Source of the DNA: Cyanophora paradoxa CCMP329
Lineage: Eukaryota > Plantae > Glaucophyta
Length of the DNA: 64,000 nt
Direction of reading: 5' to 3'
NCBI GenBank assembly: GCA_004431415.1
Contig: QPMI01000402.1
Coordinates: forward strand, 1 to 64,000
Shown here in pieces: positions 12,867 through 26,066 of the stretch. Below the pieces are notes generated by a model. It ran no database searches and was not told the origin of the DNA. It saw only the letters and a list, made by a program, of their open reading frames with translations. How positions within the stretch are numbered: position 1 is the first letter of the stretch; every line of letters starts with the position of its first letter. Position numbers and translations under genes: made by a program.

Positions 12867-14880
12867 GGAGGGACGGGCGCGGGACGCATAAGAAGAGGCT
12901 CGAACCGGTCCGCGCCGCGCCGACGACGACGGCGCTGGTGGGGCAGATGGAGGCCGACGGACGCCCGCGCCCGCCCACCCCGCGCCCCCGGCCGCCGGTG
13001 CCCATCGACGCGCCCCCGCCCGTGGCGATCCGCCCGTCGTTTGTCGTGCTCTCCCCCGCCGGCCCGCCGCCGAAGCGCGGGAAGCGGGCCGCGGCGGCAG
13101 ACCTGCGCGTGCAGGAAACCGGCCCCTTTCAGGTCGCGTCGAATGCGAAAGAGTAAGCGTTCGCACCTTCCAGCGGGCAGAGGGGCGGCGGGGCGGGGCG
13201 GGCCCGGGGCGAGGGCTCCTTGCAGCGCCTGGGACGAGGGAGCGGCGGGGCGGTTCGGCGGCGCGGCGGGCGGCCTTTGCTGTCCGGCGCGACGGCGGGC
13301 GATCTGCGCACGCGCCGGCCGGGCCGGGTGCGAGCGCGGGCCGCGAGTCAGGAAGGCGTCGAGCGAGCGCCCACGGGAGGCGGCGCCTCGCACCCGTGCC
13401 GCGTCCGCCGTCTAGACGATGTCCAATCGTACGCCTGGCGTCCCGCCCCGTCGGCTCGTCGTGAACCCGCCGCCGAGGCTGCGTGCACGTGGGGCCAATT
13501 ACAAGCGCGAGGGCGGCGGGGAATCCGGTGTCCCCGAGCAGGTCCGCACCGATCCAAGCGACCGTGGATCGCACGGTCGATTGCGGCAGCGATCGAACGG
13601 GATGGTGTGGCGGGCGCAAACCTGCGATCGCAGGCGGCTAGCTAGCGGCGAAGCGTGCGGTGGATCGCGTGCGAGAGCATGCCGACGGCCGAATCGGTAG
13701 GCGCGCCGCCGCGGCGGGTCCTGCCGGTGAGAAATGGAATACGTGGTACCCCCGGTGCGCCAAACGTCGGCAAACGAGGCCTTTCAAGGTCGCACGCTCG
13801 CCGGCTAGCAGCGTTCAGGCATTGTCAGAGGGAGTTTGAGGGTGCGTAGAGTCCCTCCCATCGCCTCGGGCCGCAATCCGAGCCGGCGGATCGCAGGCGA
13901 GCCGCTCCCGACCTCGCCGACCGCGCTCCGAGGACATGGAGGCCTCTCAATCCTCTAGCTGGCGACGAAGCCGACGAATCCGGCGAGCCCGGCCCCGCGC
14001 CTCCTCGCATCGCGCCCGTCGCCCGCCCGGCCGTCCCTGCACGCTTCCTGCGGCTTCTTTCGTGCCTCCACGGGTGCTGATCGCCCCGGCCGCTCGCCCC
14101 GACGCGGCGCGGCGAGCGGCCGCTCGCGGTGCGGTGCGGCGCTGTAGCTAGCCCCTCCCTCGGCCCCGCGCCTCTTCGGAGCGAGAAAGATTCTTTCCTC
14201 GGACGATCAGGAGTGCGGAGGACGCGCGGCGGCCCGCGGGTCCACCTTTGGTTCGCGTCTCCCTCGGCTGCGCGAGCCCGCGGCGGTCGCCCTGACGATC
14301 CCGTTGCGCTCCAGGGCATCCTAGAACCCCCTGCGCATCCCCTCGTCGACCGCCGGTCCACCCCGGCCGCGCCTTTGCAGACGGTGCGCGGGGCCCCGCC
14401 CGTTCCTCACACGCCCGCCCCACCAACTCGTCTCCGGCAGGCTTGCGCGGCGCGCACGCGAGCTAGAGCCTATTCCGGATGCGTAGAGGCCCGGGAAGAC
14501 GCAGCCCGCCCGCGTCGCGGCCCTCCCGGCGCGGCCGTTCATCCGTGCCCGCCGCGATCAAGGTCCGCGCGAGTCTCTCCGCCCCGCCTGCCCCGCAACG
14601 ACCCACGCTCCGCGCAGCCCGCCCTCGGGGCGACGATCGGTATGAAGGCGGCCGTCGCGGCGCGCGCCCCGGGCGAGACAGGCGCCGTGGGGATCTAGAG
14701 GACGGCCCGGGCAGTCCATCCATCCCCTCCATCTAGCGAGCGGTGGTGTGATCATGCAATGGATCGCGCCGCGGCAAGCGGGCGGGCGGCTTTCGACGGG
14801 GTTTCCGAGCGGGCGGCACGGGGCTGAATTCTCAGGATCCTAAAATCGAAGCCTAGAGGGCGTGCAAGCGCGGGCGCCGC

Positions 14881-17800
14881 CTACGCGTCGTCGGGGGCGT
14901 TCTCCACCGACTCTAGCTCGGACGGCGCGGCTGCATTGACGCCCGAGGCTTGCTGGGCCGAGCCGGTCGGGTCCTTTGGCTTCCCGGCGCGGGCCTCCGC
15001 GCGCAGCTTGTCCTCCTTCTCTTTCCTGAACCGCTCGAGCATATTTTTCTCTTCTTGGTCCACGAGGACCTGCGCGGTGCTGGCGTAAGCACGCGGCTGT
15101 CGTCTACGCCAAAAATGCACGCCAAGCGAGTGCACCATGGTGCCGGACGGACCCGGGGCGCCCCCGCGATCGCCGGCATCTGCGTCGGTCCTGTTGTAAA
15201 CTGTGGCGGGGCGGGGGTGGTGGGGAAAGGGCGCACCCTCTTTGGGCTGGGGGTCGGCAGCCGCGTCTTGGGCCCTGTGCGTGCGCGCCGGCTCGTGAGG
15301 GGCGGGGCGGGGCGGGGAGGGGCAGGGCGGGGCCTGGGGTGGGCCGGGCCGGGGCGGGGCGGGGCGGAGGCCGGGGCGGGCGGGGCGGGGCGGGCCGGGG
15401 CGGAACGGGGGCGGGGGCGTGCACGCGGGCGACGCACTGGGAGTCGCTGCCGGCAGGCGCGCCACGGGGCGATGCCGCCGGCGAGCCTTGGCTGGCCGCA
15501 GACGCCGGCCCCGACGCCGCGCTCGCCGCCGGCCTGCGCGATGCGGGCGGGATCGGAAAGTCGAACGAGCGCGGGTCGGGCGCGGGGCGGACGTGGACGG
15601 GGCGTCGCGTTCGATCTCCGCCGCCTCCGCGCTCGCCCCTTGTACCTTCCGCGGGGATCGCTTTCGGGGCGGCTTCTCCCCCTCGTCGCCCGCGGGCCTC
15701 TTTTTTGAACTGCCGGCGCCGCTGCGGCCAGCGTTGGAGGGGTAGGGAGATGCCGGGGGAGGGATCAATGGAGACGGACCTGGCGCTCGGAGCGGCGGCC
15801 GGGGGCTTGGCGGTGCGGGTTGGCGGGGGCGGGGGCGGCATACTCCTGGGCAAGGTTGATTCGAGCGCGAGGTGGGGCGCGGCGACGCGGGGCGGCTTCG
15901 CACCGGCCGGTCGGTTTTCCCGCCCCCTTGCCCTTCTTCTTGACCTCCTCCTCCTCCTCCGCCTCCTCCGCCGGTTCCGCCGCCGCCTCCTCCGCCTCCT
16001 CCTCCTCACCACCTAGTTATCGACGAAGGGCGAGTAAAGAGGCCGCGGAGTGGGGAGGGAAAGGAAAGAATGGTAAACGGCCACGTTTACCTGCACCGCC
16101 GTCGTCGTTCTCCTCATCTCTTTCGAGCTCTTCGGCTACCCGGTAGGCCTCCAGGCTGTATGAGAACGATGGTAAATACAAGCTGACGGGACTTGCGCTG
16201 GGGGTGCGCACAAGGTCTCGCCGAGCTTCCTTGCTCTTGAATCTTGTGGAACCTTTTGTAAGATTCCTGCCCACTGATGACGCAAGGGTGGGGTCAAACC
16301 GATGATGAGAGTGATAACACGGCGGGTTCCAACGGGGACGCACGGGTGGATGGCGGGCCAGCCGAGGTGGTCGCCGATGAGGATGAAGAGGGAGACGAGG
16401 CCTTTGCGACCGTCCCCACTGATCCTGTCGATCGAGGGGAACTTTGCGTGGACCGTCGGGAGGTGGTTCGTGATTCTCTCGATCAGTTCCGCGCTTTTAA
16501 AACCCCTGAGGAAGGTCTTCGTCTCGAACGACTCCTTTCTGCTCGGGCGAGGCCTGTTGGTAAACGCAAGTTGAGGATCGATAATGAAACAGGACGCACA
16601 ACGTGGCTTCGTCCACGATGTCGGAGCGTTTGAGCTTGATCCCGATGTCCTCCAGCGATTCCTGGCGCCCTTGCGATCCCGAAGATGCCTGTGCTTTGCC
16701 GCCGCGGCCTCTGGATCGGCTCTCACGTGAGAATGCGGCGAGAACCGGGGGCGGGCGGGTTCGCACCCCGCCGCCGGCTTCGAGCCGGAAGCACCGCCCA
16801 TGTCCCGCCCTCGCGACGTCGACCGGCCGCTGTCGCCGTCGCCGCCCGCCTTTCGTTTCGCAGCCCTGCGCGCCCGGTTAGCAAACGTGGAGAAAGGTGC
16901 ATACGCTGGGTCCGGGCGCCGACTTCAACTCCTCCTTCGATTGCGAGGGCGTGGGTCGCCGTGGGCGCTTGGTGGGGGGGGCTTCTCGTCGTCCTCCTCC
17001 TTCTTCTCGTCCTTCTCCTCCTCCTCATTGTCCTCGCTCTCGTCTTCGTCTTCGTCCTTGGAGAACTTGGACGGGTGCGGATCGCTGCGCGCCGGGTGCT
17101 CTCGGCTCGCGCGTGGGAAAGAGGGGAAAAGGAAATGAGGCACCACTTGGAGATGTCGTAGCCGAGCCGCTTGTATGCATTCGCGAGCGTGGCGCGGAGG
17201 GCGGACAGATCGTCGCCCTCAACGTACGGCTCGTCGATCTTATCAAGGCACCGCGTGACCGCCTTCGTGTCCTTGAAGTCGTACTTCCCGGCCTCCGGCC
17301 TGCGCGGCGGTTCGAATGAGACGGCTGCGGTTTGCCAGGAACCCGGGCGCGTACTTGGGAGCCGATGCCGGAGCCGCCGCGCGCGCGGCGGCGCCGGCGG
17401 CCGCCCGCGGTGCCGGGGTCTCCTGCCGCTTGCCATCTCCGGTCGCGCCGCCGCCGCCAGGGGTTGATGGCTTGGGAGTGGGAGCCGATGGGGCCGCCCG
17501 GGCTGGGGCGGGAACGGGCGCGGCATTTACGGCGCGTCCGCCGGCCGGCGCCGACGCTTCGCCCACCGGGTCCCGCCGCCGGGGGGCTTCGCCGGCCTTG
17601 GGCTTGACGACCGAGGCAATGTCCGCGAGCTCGGGGACCGCCGTCGCGTCTCCCACCGTGTGGGGGGGATCAAAGAACTCCAATTCGGGAACTTTAATGG
17701 GAACGGCGGTCGCATGGTAGCTCTTCGCGAGCGGGCATTGCTGGTAAACGGCCGCATGCTCGGACATGGTCGACTCGCACCCCGGGCAGAGAACGTTCCG

Positions 17801-18330
17801 GGATCCGGCGCAATCCACAGCGCCGGCACGGAGGCGACGACGTGCGATCCTTTCGGGCAGCGACTGAAGAGGCTGTTTACGGCGGGGTCGGCGAGCGCTG
17901 CGCATTCTGATAGCACCCGTCAGCAACCGGCCGCGCGGGCCCGGACGGGCCGACGCACGCGCTCCAAGTTGCGCCCTGATCATACTCGACAAGGCAATGA
18001 TCTGGGCCGGCTTGAGCTGCTCCACGGTTCCCTGCGGTCATGGCGCGGAAGTGCGGGTCGGCGTTTCGCGCGCGGCCATCACGGAGGCGCGCGGCGTCGC
18101 TCACCTTCAGCTTCGTGGGTTCGAATTGCCTGTAGAGCTCATCGAAGCGAGCGCGTAGTGGCTCCGGGGGCAAGCCGGCGACGTCTGCTCCACCGAGGGC
18201 ACGCGGATCGCCGAGATCCAATCCCCAGCGCCGGCTGTGGCCGTTCCCTTCCATCCGCCCTGCGAGCTGCGGCCTGGTCGAAGGGGGGGTACGCGTAAAC
18301 GGCCTGCGCGTCCCAACGCCGCGGGGCGCC
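14881..18330 (-). CDS. One or more intron-rich hypothetical proteins (boundaries uncertain)
   Basis: Protein-like exons (RFDELYRQFEPTKLK; LCPGCESTMSEHAAVYQQCPL; YDFKDTKAVTRCLDKIDEPY; FLRGFKSAELIERITNHL; QEEKNMLERFRKEKEDKL) in changing frames. No recognisable domain. Confidence 0.35.
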
Positions 18331-18345
18331 GGCGGGCGCCCCGGC

Positions 18346-20011
18346 ATGCAGCGACCCACCCAGACGGCCGCCATTCTAGCCGCCGAGGCCGCGGTGCGCG
18401 CCCGGATCATCCGCGAGAGCGACCCGACGAACAAGCTCGGCGAGCTTTCGGCCCGCCTGTTACTGGAGGCATCACAGCTGCCGATCCAGTACCGTAGCTG
18501 CGCCGCGCGGGGATGCTGGGCGTCCACGGGGTGCCGGACGCCGCTGTGCACGGACCACCTCGAACGAGCCTCGGTGCGGGCCGCGCGGCGAGCGGCCGGC
18601 ACCTCCCGCGCGGCTGATTGTTGCGTAGCTACGAGTCGGGCCCTCCAGGGCGGTCCCGGGCGCCCTGGGCCTGTTCGCGGTTGCTTCGCCGGCCGCGCGG
18701 GCGCGGGCCGCCCTCCTCGGCCCGGCGTACCGCGCCCTCGTCTTTCACCCAAAGCTCCGGAAGCGCATCTGCCCGTACGACGGGTGCGCCGCGCCGCCCT
18801 TGGACCCTCGCTTTCGCCGGACGACGTCGACGCGCGCGCGCAGGCGGAAGATCGTCTGCCCGACGCACCAGTGGGCCCAGCTCCAGAAGACCGGGCGGTG
18901 GACGTGCGCTTTCCCTCGCCGCCGGCGCCGGCGCCGCGCGCGCCGCTCACGGGCGGGGGCGGGCCCGTTTACGCAGGTTCGTGTTCCAGATCAACTCGAG
19001 CTGCCTCATCGACGCCTCCCTCCCGATCTTTACGGGCCGCTGGGCGAACAACGGCTATCCGTTTGCGCGGAACAACGCCACGATCGCCGGAGACGGCAAC
19101 ACGCAGACGGCCTGGCTGCACGCCACAAAGTGCATCTACGACGACGACGAGGTGCGCCCCGCGCGCCCAACCCCCCCCCCCCGCGGCGCGCCGCCGCCGC
19201 CGACGAACGCGCCCGCCCGCGCGCAGATCCTCGTCTCATACGGTACGTGCCGCGCCCGCCCGTCTCCCCCGGCGCGACCCCGCGGCCGACCCCGCCCGTC
19301 GTGCAGGCGACGGCTTCTTCGATAAGCTGCTGGGCCAGCTCAAGGCGGGCGTCTTCGCCGAGTGCGACTGGCCCGGGCAGGTGCGCCTGTCGGAGCGGGA
19401 CGAGCGGATGTCGAAGCGCCCCCGGGGCGAGCTGGACGGCCTGGCGGTGCTCGGGTGCGCCGCGGGCGCCTGGACCCCAGGACCGCTGGTGGGAGCGCGC
19501 GGAGGCGGCGGCGGCCGCCCTCAAGTTCGTGGCGCGGGTGGTCGGCATCCTGGAGGACGAGGACGACGGCTGCGGCGGCGGCTCGGCCGAGCCGGCGATC
19601 CTCTGGCCGCGCTGCCCGTTTGCGGCGCGCTTCGGATCGTGCGGCGCGCCGGCGGCGGCGCCCGCCCCGCCCCGCGCACCCCGAGCCCCGCGGCGGGGAG
19701 CGGCGCGACCCCGTCCGGGTGCCGTCGACGACGCCGGCGCCGGCGCGGCCCGCGGCGGCCTTCTGGCCGCCCTGCCCCTTTGCAGCGCTCTGCGGGGCGG
19801 GCGGCGCGCGCGCGGGGCGGGGGCGCCCGCTCCCGCCCGCCCCGTCGGGGCGGGTCCGGAGGAGGCTTCTCCGGCGCCGGCGCCGGCGGCGCGATCCCCG
19901 GCGGCCCTCTGGCCGTCCTGCCCTTTGCCGCGCGCCTCGGGCGGCCGCGGGCGGGGCGTTTACGCGTGCGAGGACGCCGCTCTGCCAGGGGCAAAGCGGG
20001 CGCGCTCGTAA
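18346..20011 (+). CDS. Spliced SET-domain methyltransferase with Cys/His pre-SET segment
   Basis: After removing introns (18574-18628, 18784-18843 and at least three more): CAARGC..PLCTDHL, LRVGPSRAVPGALGLFA, ICPYDG, FVFQINSSCLIDAS, GRWANN, LHATKCIYDDDEILVSYGDGFF. This is canonical SET motif order. The 3' end is uncertain. Confidence 0.8.
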
Positions 20012-20835
20012 AGGGCGCCGCGGGCGGGCCCGGCCGCGGCCCGGCGGCGGGGCGGGCCGGGGCAACCGACTCGCCAAGTCGGCGAGCCCGAGGGTCCCGA
20101 GGAGGTTGGGGGTTAAACGTTGGGCTCGCTGTGCATGGCGCGGGTTTTGGGGCTTGGTGTGAGCACTGTGCCACGGTGAGCCAGTGTGAGGTCGCCGGCT
20201 TTAATTTCGATTGCATTGAAAAATATATTTAGTTAATCTGATATCGATGGTACCGCCAGCGCTAGCTATAGCCGCCGGGCAGCAGTACTAGTAGCTCATG
20301 ATCATGACTCAGTGATCAGCAGTCGATGATCATGATCATGAGCTTAGCTGCAGCTATCATAGTATAGCCTATTGGGCGGCGTATCATATAATTATAAATG
20401 AGGATCGGAGCTGGAGTCAATTTAGGACCTACTGATCATCATGGCATGAATCCCGGGCCCGGATGATCCGCATGATCACTGAGTCAGTACGTATACAGCT
20501 AGATATCGATCTAGATCTCCTGCAGCTGTACATGTATACGTATACGTATACGTATCGCGTACGCGTACGTAGTTTGGTGCTTAACGTACCCCGGCTGGGA
20601 CCGCATTAATATCGAAACGCTAAGAAACTGCGGTATGTATCCCTTAGAGCAGCCAAAAGGCTTCAAACCGCATTAATTCGGTACCGCATTAATATCCATG
20701 TAGGGGTCCGGGTCCAAAAACGCATTGATTACTGGCGCATTAATTAAGTACTAGCGTTATACGGTAGTTGACGTCGACGCCACCGGGCCAACTCGTGATC
20801 GACCGTCTCCGAGGCTCGACCGTCACGGCCGCCGG

Positions 20836-21360
20836 TAGGGTTGCCGCGCTTAAGTTCAAGTGCACTTAAACTTAAGCGTTTAAGTTAAGTTTAAGTTTTA
20901 GTTTAAGCGGCCTGCTTAAACTTAAGCTTAAACGGGGACACCCCGGTTCGAATCCCGGGGGCAGAACCCCGGAAACCCCCTCAAAACGATGTCAGATGTG
21001 CAGAAAACATGCTGTATGTCATCGCCATCGGCTATAAAACTTCTCTGCATTCATAATGGTCCCAACACTGCCAGTTTCGAGGCTGGGTCTCCCTCAGAAA
21101 GGATTACGTATACCCCCCTTCAGAAGCTTCACTGACTGAAACTTCTGGAAAATCGTGTGTTTAGTGATTAAAATCCGTCAGGAAGGCATTCTAGCATGTC
21201 TGTGGCGCGTTTGAGATTGAATCGGTGTCTGTTTCCTCATCATACTGGGTGCTCTTGTATGGACTTAAGTTTAAGCGCTTAAACGCTTAAGTTTAAGCGC
21301 ACTTTTAGTTTAAGTGGGGGAGGCTTAAACTTAAGCTTAAACCGTTAAACGGCAACCCTA
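20836..21360. mobile_element. hAT-type MITE (525 bp)
   Basis: 11-bp TIR TAGGGTTGCCG (20836) / CGGCAACCCTA (21350-21360). Perfect 8-bp TSD GCCGCCGG at 20828-20835 and 21361-21368. Subterminal CTTAAAC/GTTTAAG repeats at both ends. Confidence 0.9.
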
Positions 21361-22016
21361 GCCGCCGGGCGTCGGACGCACTGCGGCACTCGGCGAGTCG
21401 ACGGCGACCCGTGACCGTCGGACGCCCGGCGGCCGAGTATACTATGATAGTACGTATACGTACGGTCGCGATCGGCCCGGACTCGACTGAGTCTACTAGC
21501 TCGGCCGAAGCTAAGCTTAATTAATATTATATACTAGTACTACGGTAATTCAATGATTAAGCTTAAGCTTAACTAGTAAGCCGCCGAAGTTCGAATTCGC
21601 GCGCGGTCCGCGGCCGACGCCGGCCCGACGGTCGGCCGAACCCGACCCCCTATTAATATTAACTTAGTAATATTTTTTAATATTCGATCTGAATCGATGA
21701 TGCCATATGGCATGATGATACTAACTTAGTTACCTTAGTAACTTGTTTTTAGTAACTCACTACTAAGTTACTAGCAGTAACTTCTAGTAAGATACTCCCG
21801 AGTGACCGGGGCCGAGTCCCGACTCCCGAGTCTCGGACTCCGGGATCCGGATCCGGGACTCCGGGACTCCGCCGGGCCGGGATCCGAAATCCGGATGTCG
21901 ATATCGATCCGGAGTCCTGACCGGTACGGCGGTACCGCGGCCGGGACTCCGGGAGTCCCGACCGTCGACGTCGGACGCCGGGACGTCGACGTCTACGTAC
22001 GGTATACGTTTACGTA

Positions 22017-22279
22017 CTGTAAACGTAGAAAAGTTCGTTGAGACTTAATTTCGACAAAACCCGAAAATCGTAACGAAAATACGGTTCGACAGCAGCATAT
22101 TTTCGTCAGCCCCCCGACTCCGCCATAGACGGGTCAGCCGCTAGTACCCTACTCGATACAAAATTTCCGTTCAAGAGTATCAAATATTCGTCAAAGTGCA
22201 GGTCTGACGAATATAGACGAACTTCGGAAATAAAGACGCTGTCGAAGATTCCTACTAGGCTACCGTAGTACGTTTACAG
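22017..22279. mobile_element. Tc1/mariner/pogo-type MITE
   Basis: TA|CTGTAAACGTA ... TACGTTTACAG|TA: an 11-bp TIR flanked by TA. The interior is non-coding with TTCG(T/A)-type subrepeats. Confidence 0.6.
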
Positions 22280-23526
22280 TATACGTAGCTCGATGATGAG
22301 CCTCGATCGTGCACGGCCGTTACTAACAAAACAAATAGTAATTATAAGATCCGATGATCCGATGATCATCGGATCAACTTATTATAAATATACGTAAATG
22401 CCATGATGTACTAGATATATATATACGTATACGTACTAGCTTCAGCTATAGGATAATTAATATAATAGCCTAGCGTACTTATATATATAAATTATAATAT
22501 AATTAGTCGTCTGTTACGGTAGTACGTATACTGTGTATATATATATAATATATTGTTATATAATATAGACTCGCCGAGTCGTGACGGTGACTCGTGACTC
22601 GTGAGTCGTGATCCGGCACTCACTGAGAGTCACTGTCTCAGTGTCACTCACTGAGTCACTTCCAGACTCTGAAGACTCTGAGAGTCGACGTCACTGACTG
22701 ACTGGACGTGGACCCGGGACTCGGGACGTCGACGTTGACGTGCGCTGTGCAGTACTAGTACGTACGCGGTGCAGATCTAGATCTAGAGTCACTGCAGCTG
22801 CCAGTGCAGATCTACCGTAGTACCGGTTGCCTACTGGTAGTAGACTCTGACTCTGAGAGTCCCGACTCTCGGCCGCGGAGTCCGAGATTCAATGATTCGA
22901 ATTCCAAGTTCGGGACGAGAACTTGGAAGCGCTACGTATACGTACCGTAGTAACTTAGTAACCGTACTACGGTAGTACCGTAGTACTAGGCTAGCTAGCT
23001 CAGTATACGTACTACGGTAGCTCAGCGGCTCATCAGAGTCATCACTGACTCACTGGCATTGAGTCAGCGGCTTTCATCTGCCGCACTCACTGAGTCAGTG
23101 ACTGCGGCAGTGCGCCGCGGCGCGGCATATATATCGCGCGGGATTCGCGGCATTGCGGCACGCGGCAGGCCGGCCGGCCGCACGTCTCGCTTGGCCTAGG
23201 CCTAGCTATAGTTCTGCACTCAGCTGGCACTGCGGCAGGGCGTGCGTCGACGTCGTCGCCGTCTGCATAAATCCGGCGACTTGTATGTTTATGAACCTGC
23301 GTGAACGATTTCAATATCAGCGTTAACGATATCGCTAATATCGCGACTCGCAGGCCGAACCCACCAGTACACGTATACGTATTCCACGGACCGTTTGACT
23401 TCCGATCGTAATTGTGCCGCGGTGACAACAGAAGACGCATCGGAATGTCGAATGCACATGTACACGCGCCCGACGCGGTACGTCGCTTTCCGGCCTTGCA
23501 CGCTCGCCGTCTACATCTGCCCTTAC

Positions 23527-26066
23527 ATGGCTGATATCGGTGCCGCATCGCGTTTGCAGCTGCCGTCCGCGGTTCACGACATCGCAAGCATCGTAGAGGC
23601 GATCACGACCGCAGCAACGGCTCGGTACGACAAGGAGGCCTTCTGGAGCGAAATCTGCGGGGACCCGTCCGAGATTGTGGCGCTATGTTCATCAGCGGGA
23701 AAGGATCTCGAGGGCGGTATCAAGGACGCAGGGGCCCGCGCGTGCGATCGACTTCGAACCCTGCTCGGCCGCGACGGACCGCCGCCTCCACCGGACACGG
23801 TGGAGAGGGCCCTCGTCCTTGCGATTCGGTACGAGATGACACAGGTCGTCGATATGCTGCTCCGGAGCCTTCCGAGTGCGCGCGTGGATGTGCTCGAACG
23901 CGGCCTCGCTCTAAAGTTGGCCGTCTTAAAGGTGAGAACGCTGTTAACCGTTTACCGACTCTTCAACTTTGTGCCGTACCCGCACCTTGCTGATTTACGC
24001 ACGGTACCGCGTAGGCCGGCGCGGGAAACGATCATGAGCGCAACAGAAATGTGTGGGTCCTCGTGTCGCATCTATCAGAGGTGATCTCCGACGAGAACAT
24101 CGAGTCCGTGATCGCAAATGTCAACGAGATGCTCTTCTTTGCCATCGCACTCGGGCAGCGCGACACTGTGCATCGCATTTTACATGATCTATTCTCGCGC
24201 ACGGGCCGCAAGCTCTCGACGTACTGGACGTTTCCCAAGGTCCACGTCCAACTCCCCGGCGTCGACGGCCTCGAGCCCGCGGATTTTACATTTCCCTCCG
24301 TGATCGATGTGGTCATGGTATTAAACAGGGACGATACGAACGACATGGTCAGGGCCTTGCTCGAGCTCATGCCGTCTCCACCCCTTTCCGATCTCTGGCA
24401 ACCGAGCGCTTCGGCGCTTCGCACAACTGTCGCCGCACTTCGCGCCGTCGAAGTGTTGCCGGCCCCCAGTGAACTACTGGAGCCCGAGGATTACGCCATC
24501 TCGGTGGCCTTTGTCCGGGCCGTGGAGAGCGCCTTCCACAACGTTTGCAACCCCGCGATGTTCGAAGCCCTCGTAAAAAGGTGCCTCCGCGGTTGGACGA
24601 AATATGAGATCTCCCTCTCTTCGTCGTCGTCTTCCGATTCCGACGCACCGCACCCTGATTTGGTGCGTTTACCGTGCAATCGCTCTGATAATATCTACCA
24701 AAAACGCCTTGCAGCCGCTGATTTGTACCCGCGCAGGAAGAATACGAGCTGCTTCCCAGATGCATTTCATCGTCCACGTTTATATCCTTCTTGGAACGTC
24801 TGGGTCTCGCTGCGTTTACCGGCGGCGACGCCATTCGGCACCGCAAGGAGCAGGTCTTGCGTGCGGACAGCCCCGAGGCGGCGGTCGTGCTCGAAAAGTT
24901 CAACGTGGACCGCATCCATTACGAGCGGATCGTCAACGAAGTGGCGGACGACCTCGAATCGAGAGCCCGCGAGCGCTCCATGAACATCCTCCGGGCAGCA
25001 CTGCGCTCGCCGTGCACCGTCCATCATCCCGATCGTCCACCGGTGCCCGCCCTCGATTTCATCCTCGCCTGGGCACAGTCCCGGGCGCTTTACGACGAGT
25101 CGGACACCGCGTTCAAGAATGTGGAGCTCGATGCGTACGTCAAAGTGCTCTTCAGACCCGACGTCACCGTCTCCGAGTTTACGCGCGGCATCGCGGCGTG
25201 GTCGCGGGCGGTTCAGAACCGCACGCTGCGGATCGACGGCGCCGTCGTGCTTCGGTCGCTCTTCGGACCCGTGACCATCACCGGTCCCTCGCCAGCGACG
25301 TTGGCCAGCAAGCGCTCGCACGTCCTGCGCATGATCCAGGATCGTAAGATCAAGCTCCGGGCCGCCGCCGAGTTGGAGGGGATCCCGATGGACGCCCTCC
25401 ACGTTGCCGCGCGCGCGTTGGACGCAAACGTACGCACCCTCGCCGTCGTTTACGGCGCCCCGCGGTATCCCTGCTCAACGCAGCGCAGGAAATAAACACC
25501 ATGCTGGACATCCTGAGCTCCTGCAACTCCCTCGGATCGTTCATCATCAAAGGCATTTTCACCCACGCGATCGAGGGTGTCGACGCAAATGTCAAGGTTC
25601 GCTGCGGGCCCCTGGTTTACGTTTTGTTCGGCCCGCCCCGAGTGCGCGCGCGATCCTGACGGGCACGCACGCGCGCAATTTGCAGGTGACCTCGCGCGAG
25701 ATGTGCGAGCGGGCGCGCGACTTTTTCGTGTTCCTTCGGGAGGTCGACTCGCGGGTCGCCGCCGGGGGCCGGATCTCGGGGAGCGAGGACTGCAAGAGGG
25801 CGCTGGCGACGCTGAAAACGGTCGATGAACTGAAATGCATGGCCGGCTCGAAAGAGTGGAAGCTCCTCGGCGGTCCGGAGATATGCCTCGATGGGTGGAA
25901 GGCGCTCTACGGTTCGTCGTTGATCGATCCGCATCCGGATCGTGCCTCTCTCGGGGGCAACGGCGTTGTGACGGGCGCGTTTTTCAGATGCGGCAGAGGC
26001 GTGCGTGGGTTCGGGCGGCCCGTCGCCCTCTGTGCGGCCCGTCGAGGCGGCCCCTGCCCCCGGTAA
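23527..26066 (+). CDS. Spliced hypothetical helical protein (possibly degenerate ankyrin-like)
   Basis: Phase-0 introns 23932-24014 and 24663-24736 join ORFs 23395/24051/24791 exactly in frame. Two more GT-AG introns start near 25430 and 25597. Confidence 0.6.

Larger units (their letters stand above)
20230..23300. repeat. Non-coding tract of iterated short palindromic words
   Basis: Dense runs of TACGTA, GATC/ATCATGAT, ACTAGT, CTTAAG, GACTC/GAGTC, TATATA and CCGG with local tandem reiteration. Almost no ORFs. Confidence 0.8.

Noticed and set aside
20030-20240. Possible right terminus matching the 5200 junction
   Set aside because: Only AATTAAA is shared in inverted orientation. No convincing TIR, direct repeat or TSD was found.
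20941-20960. GGTTCGAATCCC tRNA T-arm/B-box-like motif
   Set aside because: An isolated hairpin inside the hAT MITE; no acceptor, D or anticodon arms could be folded.
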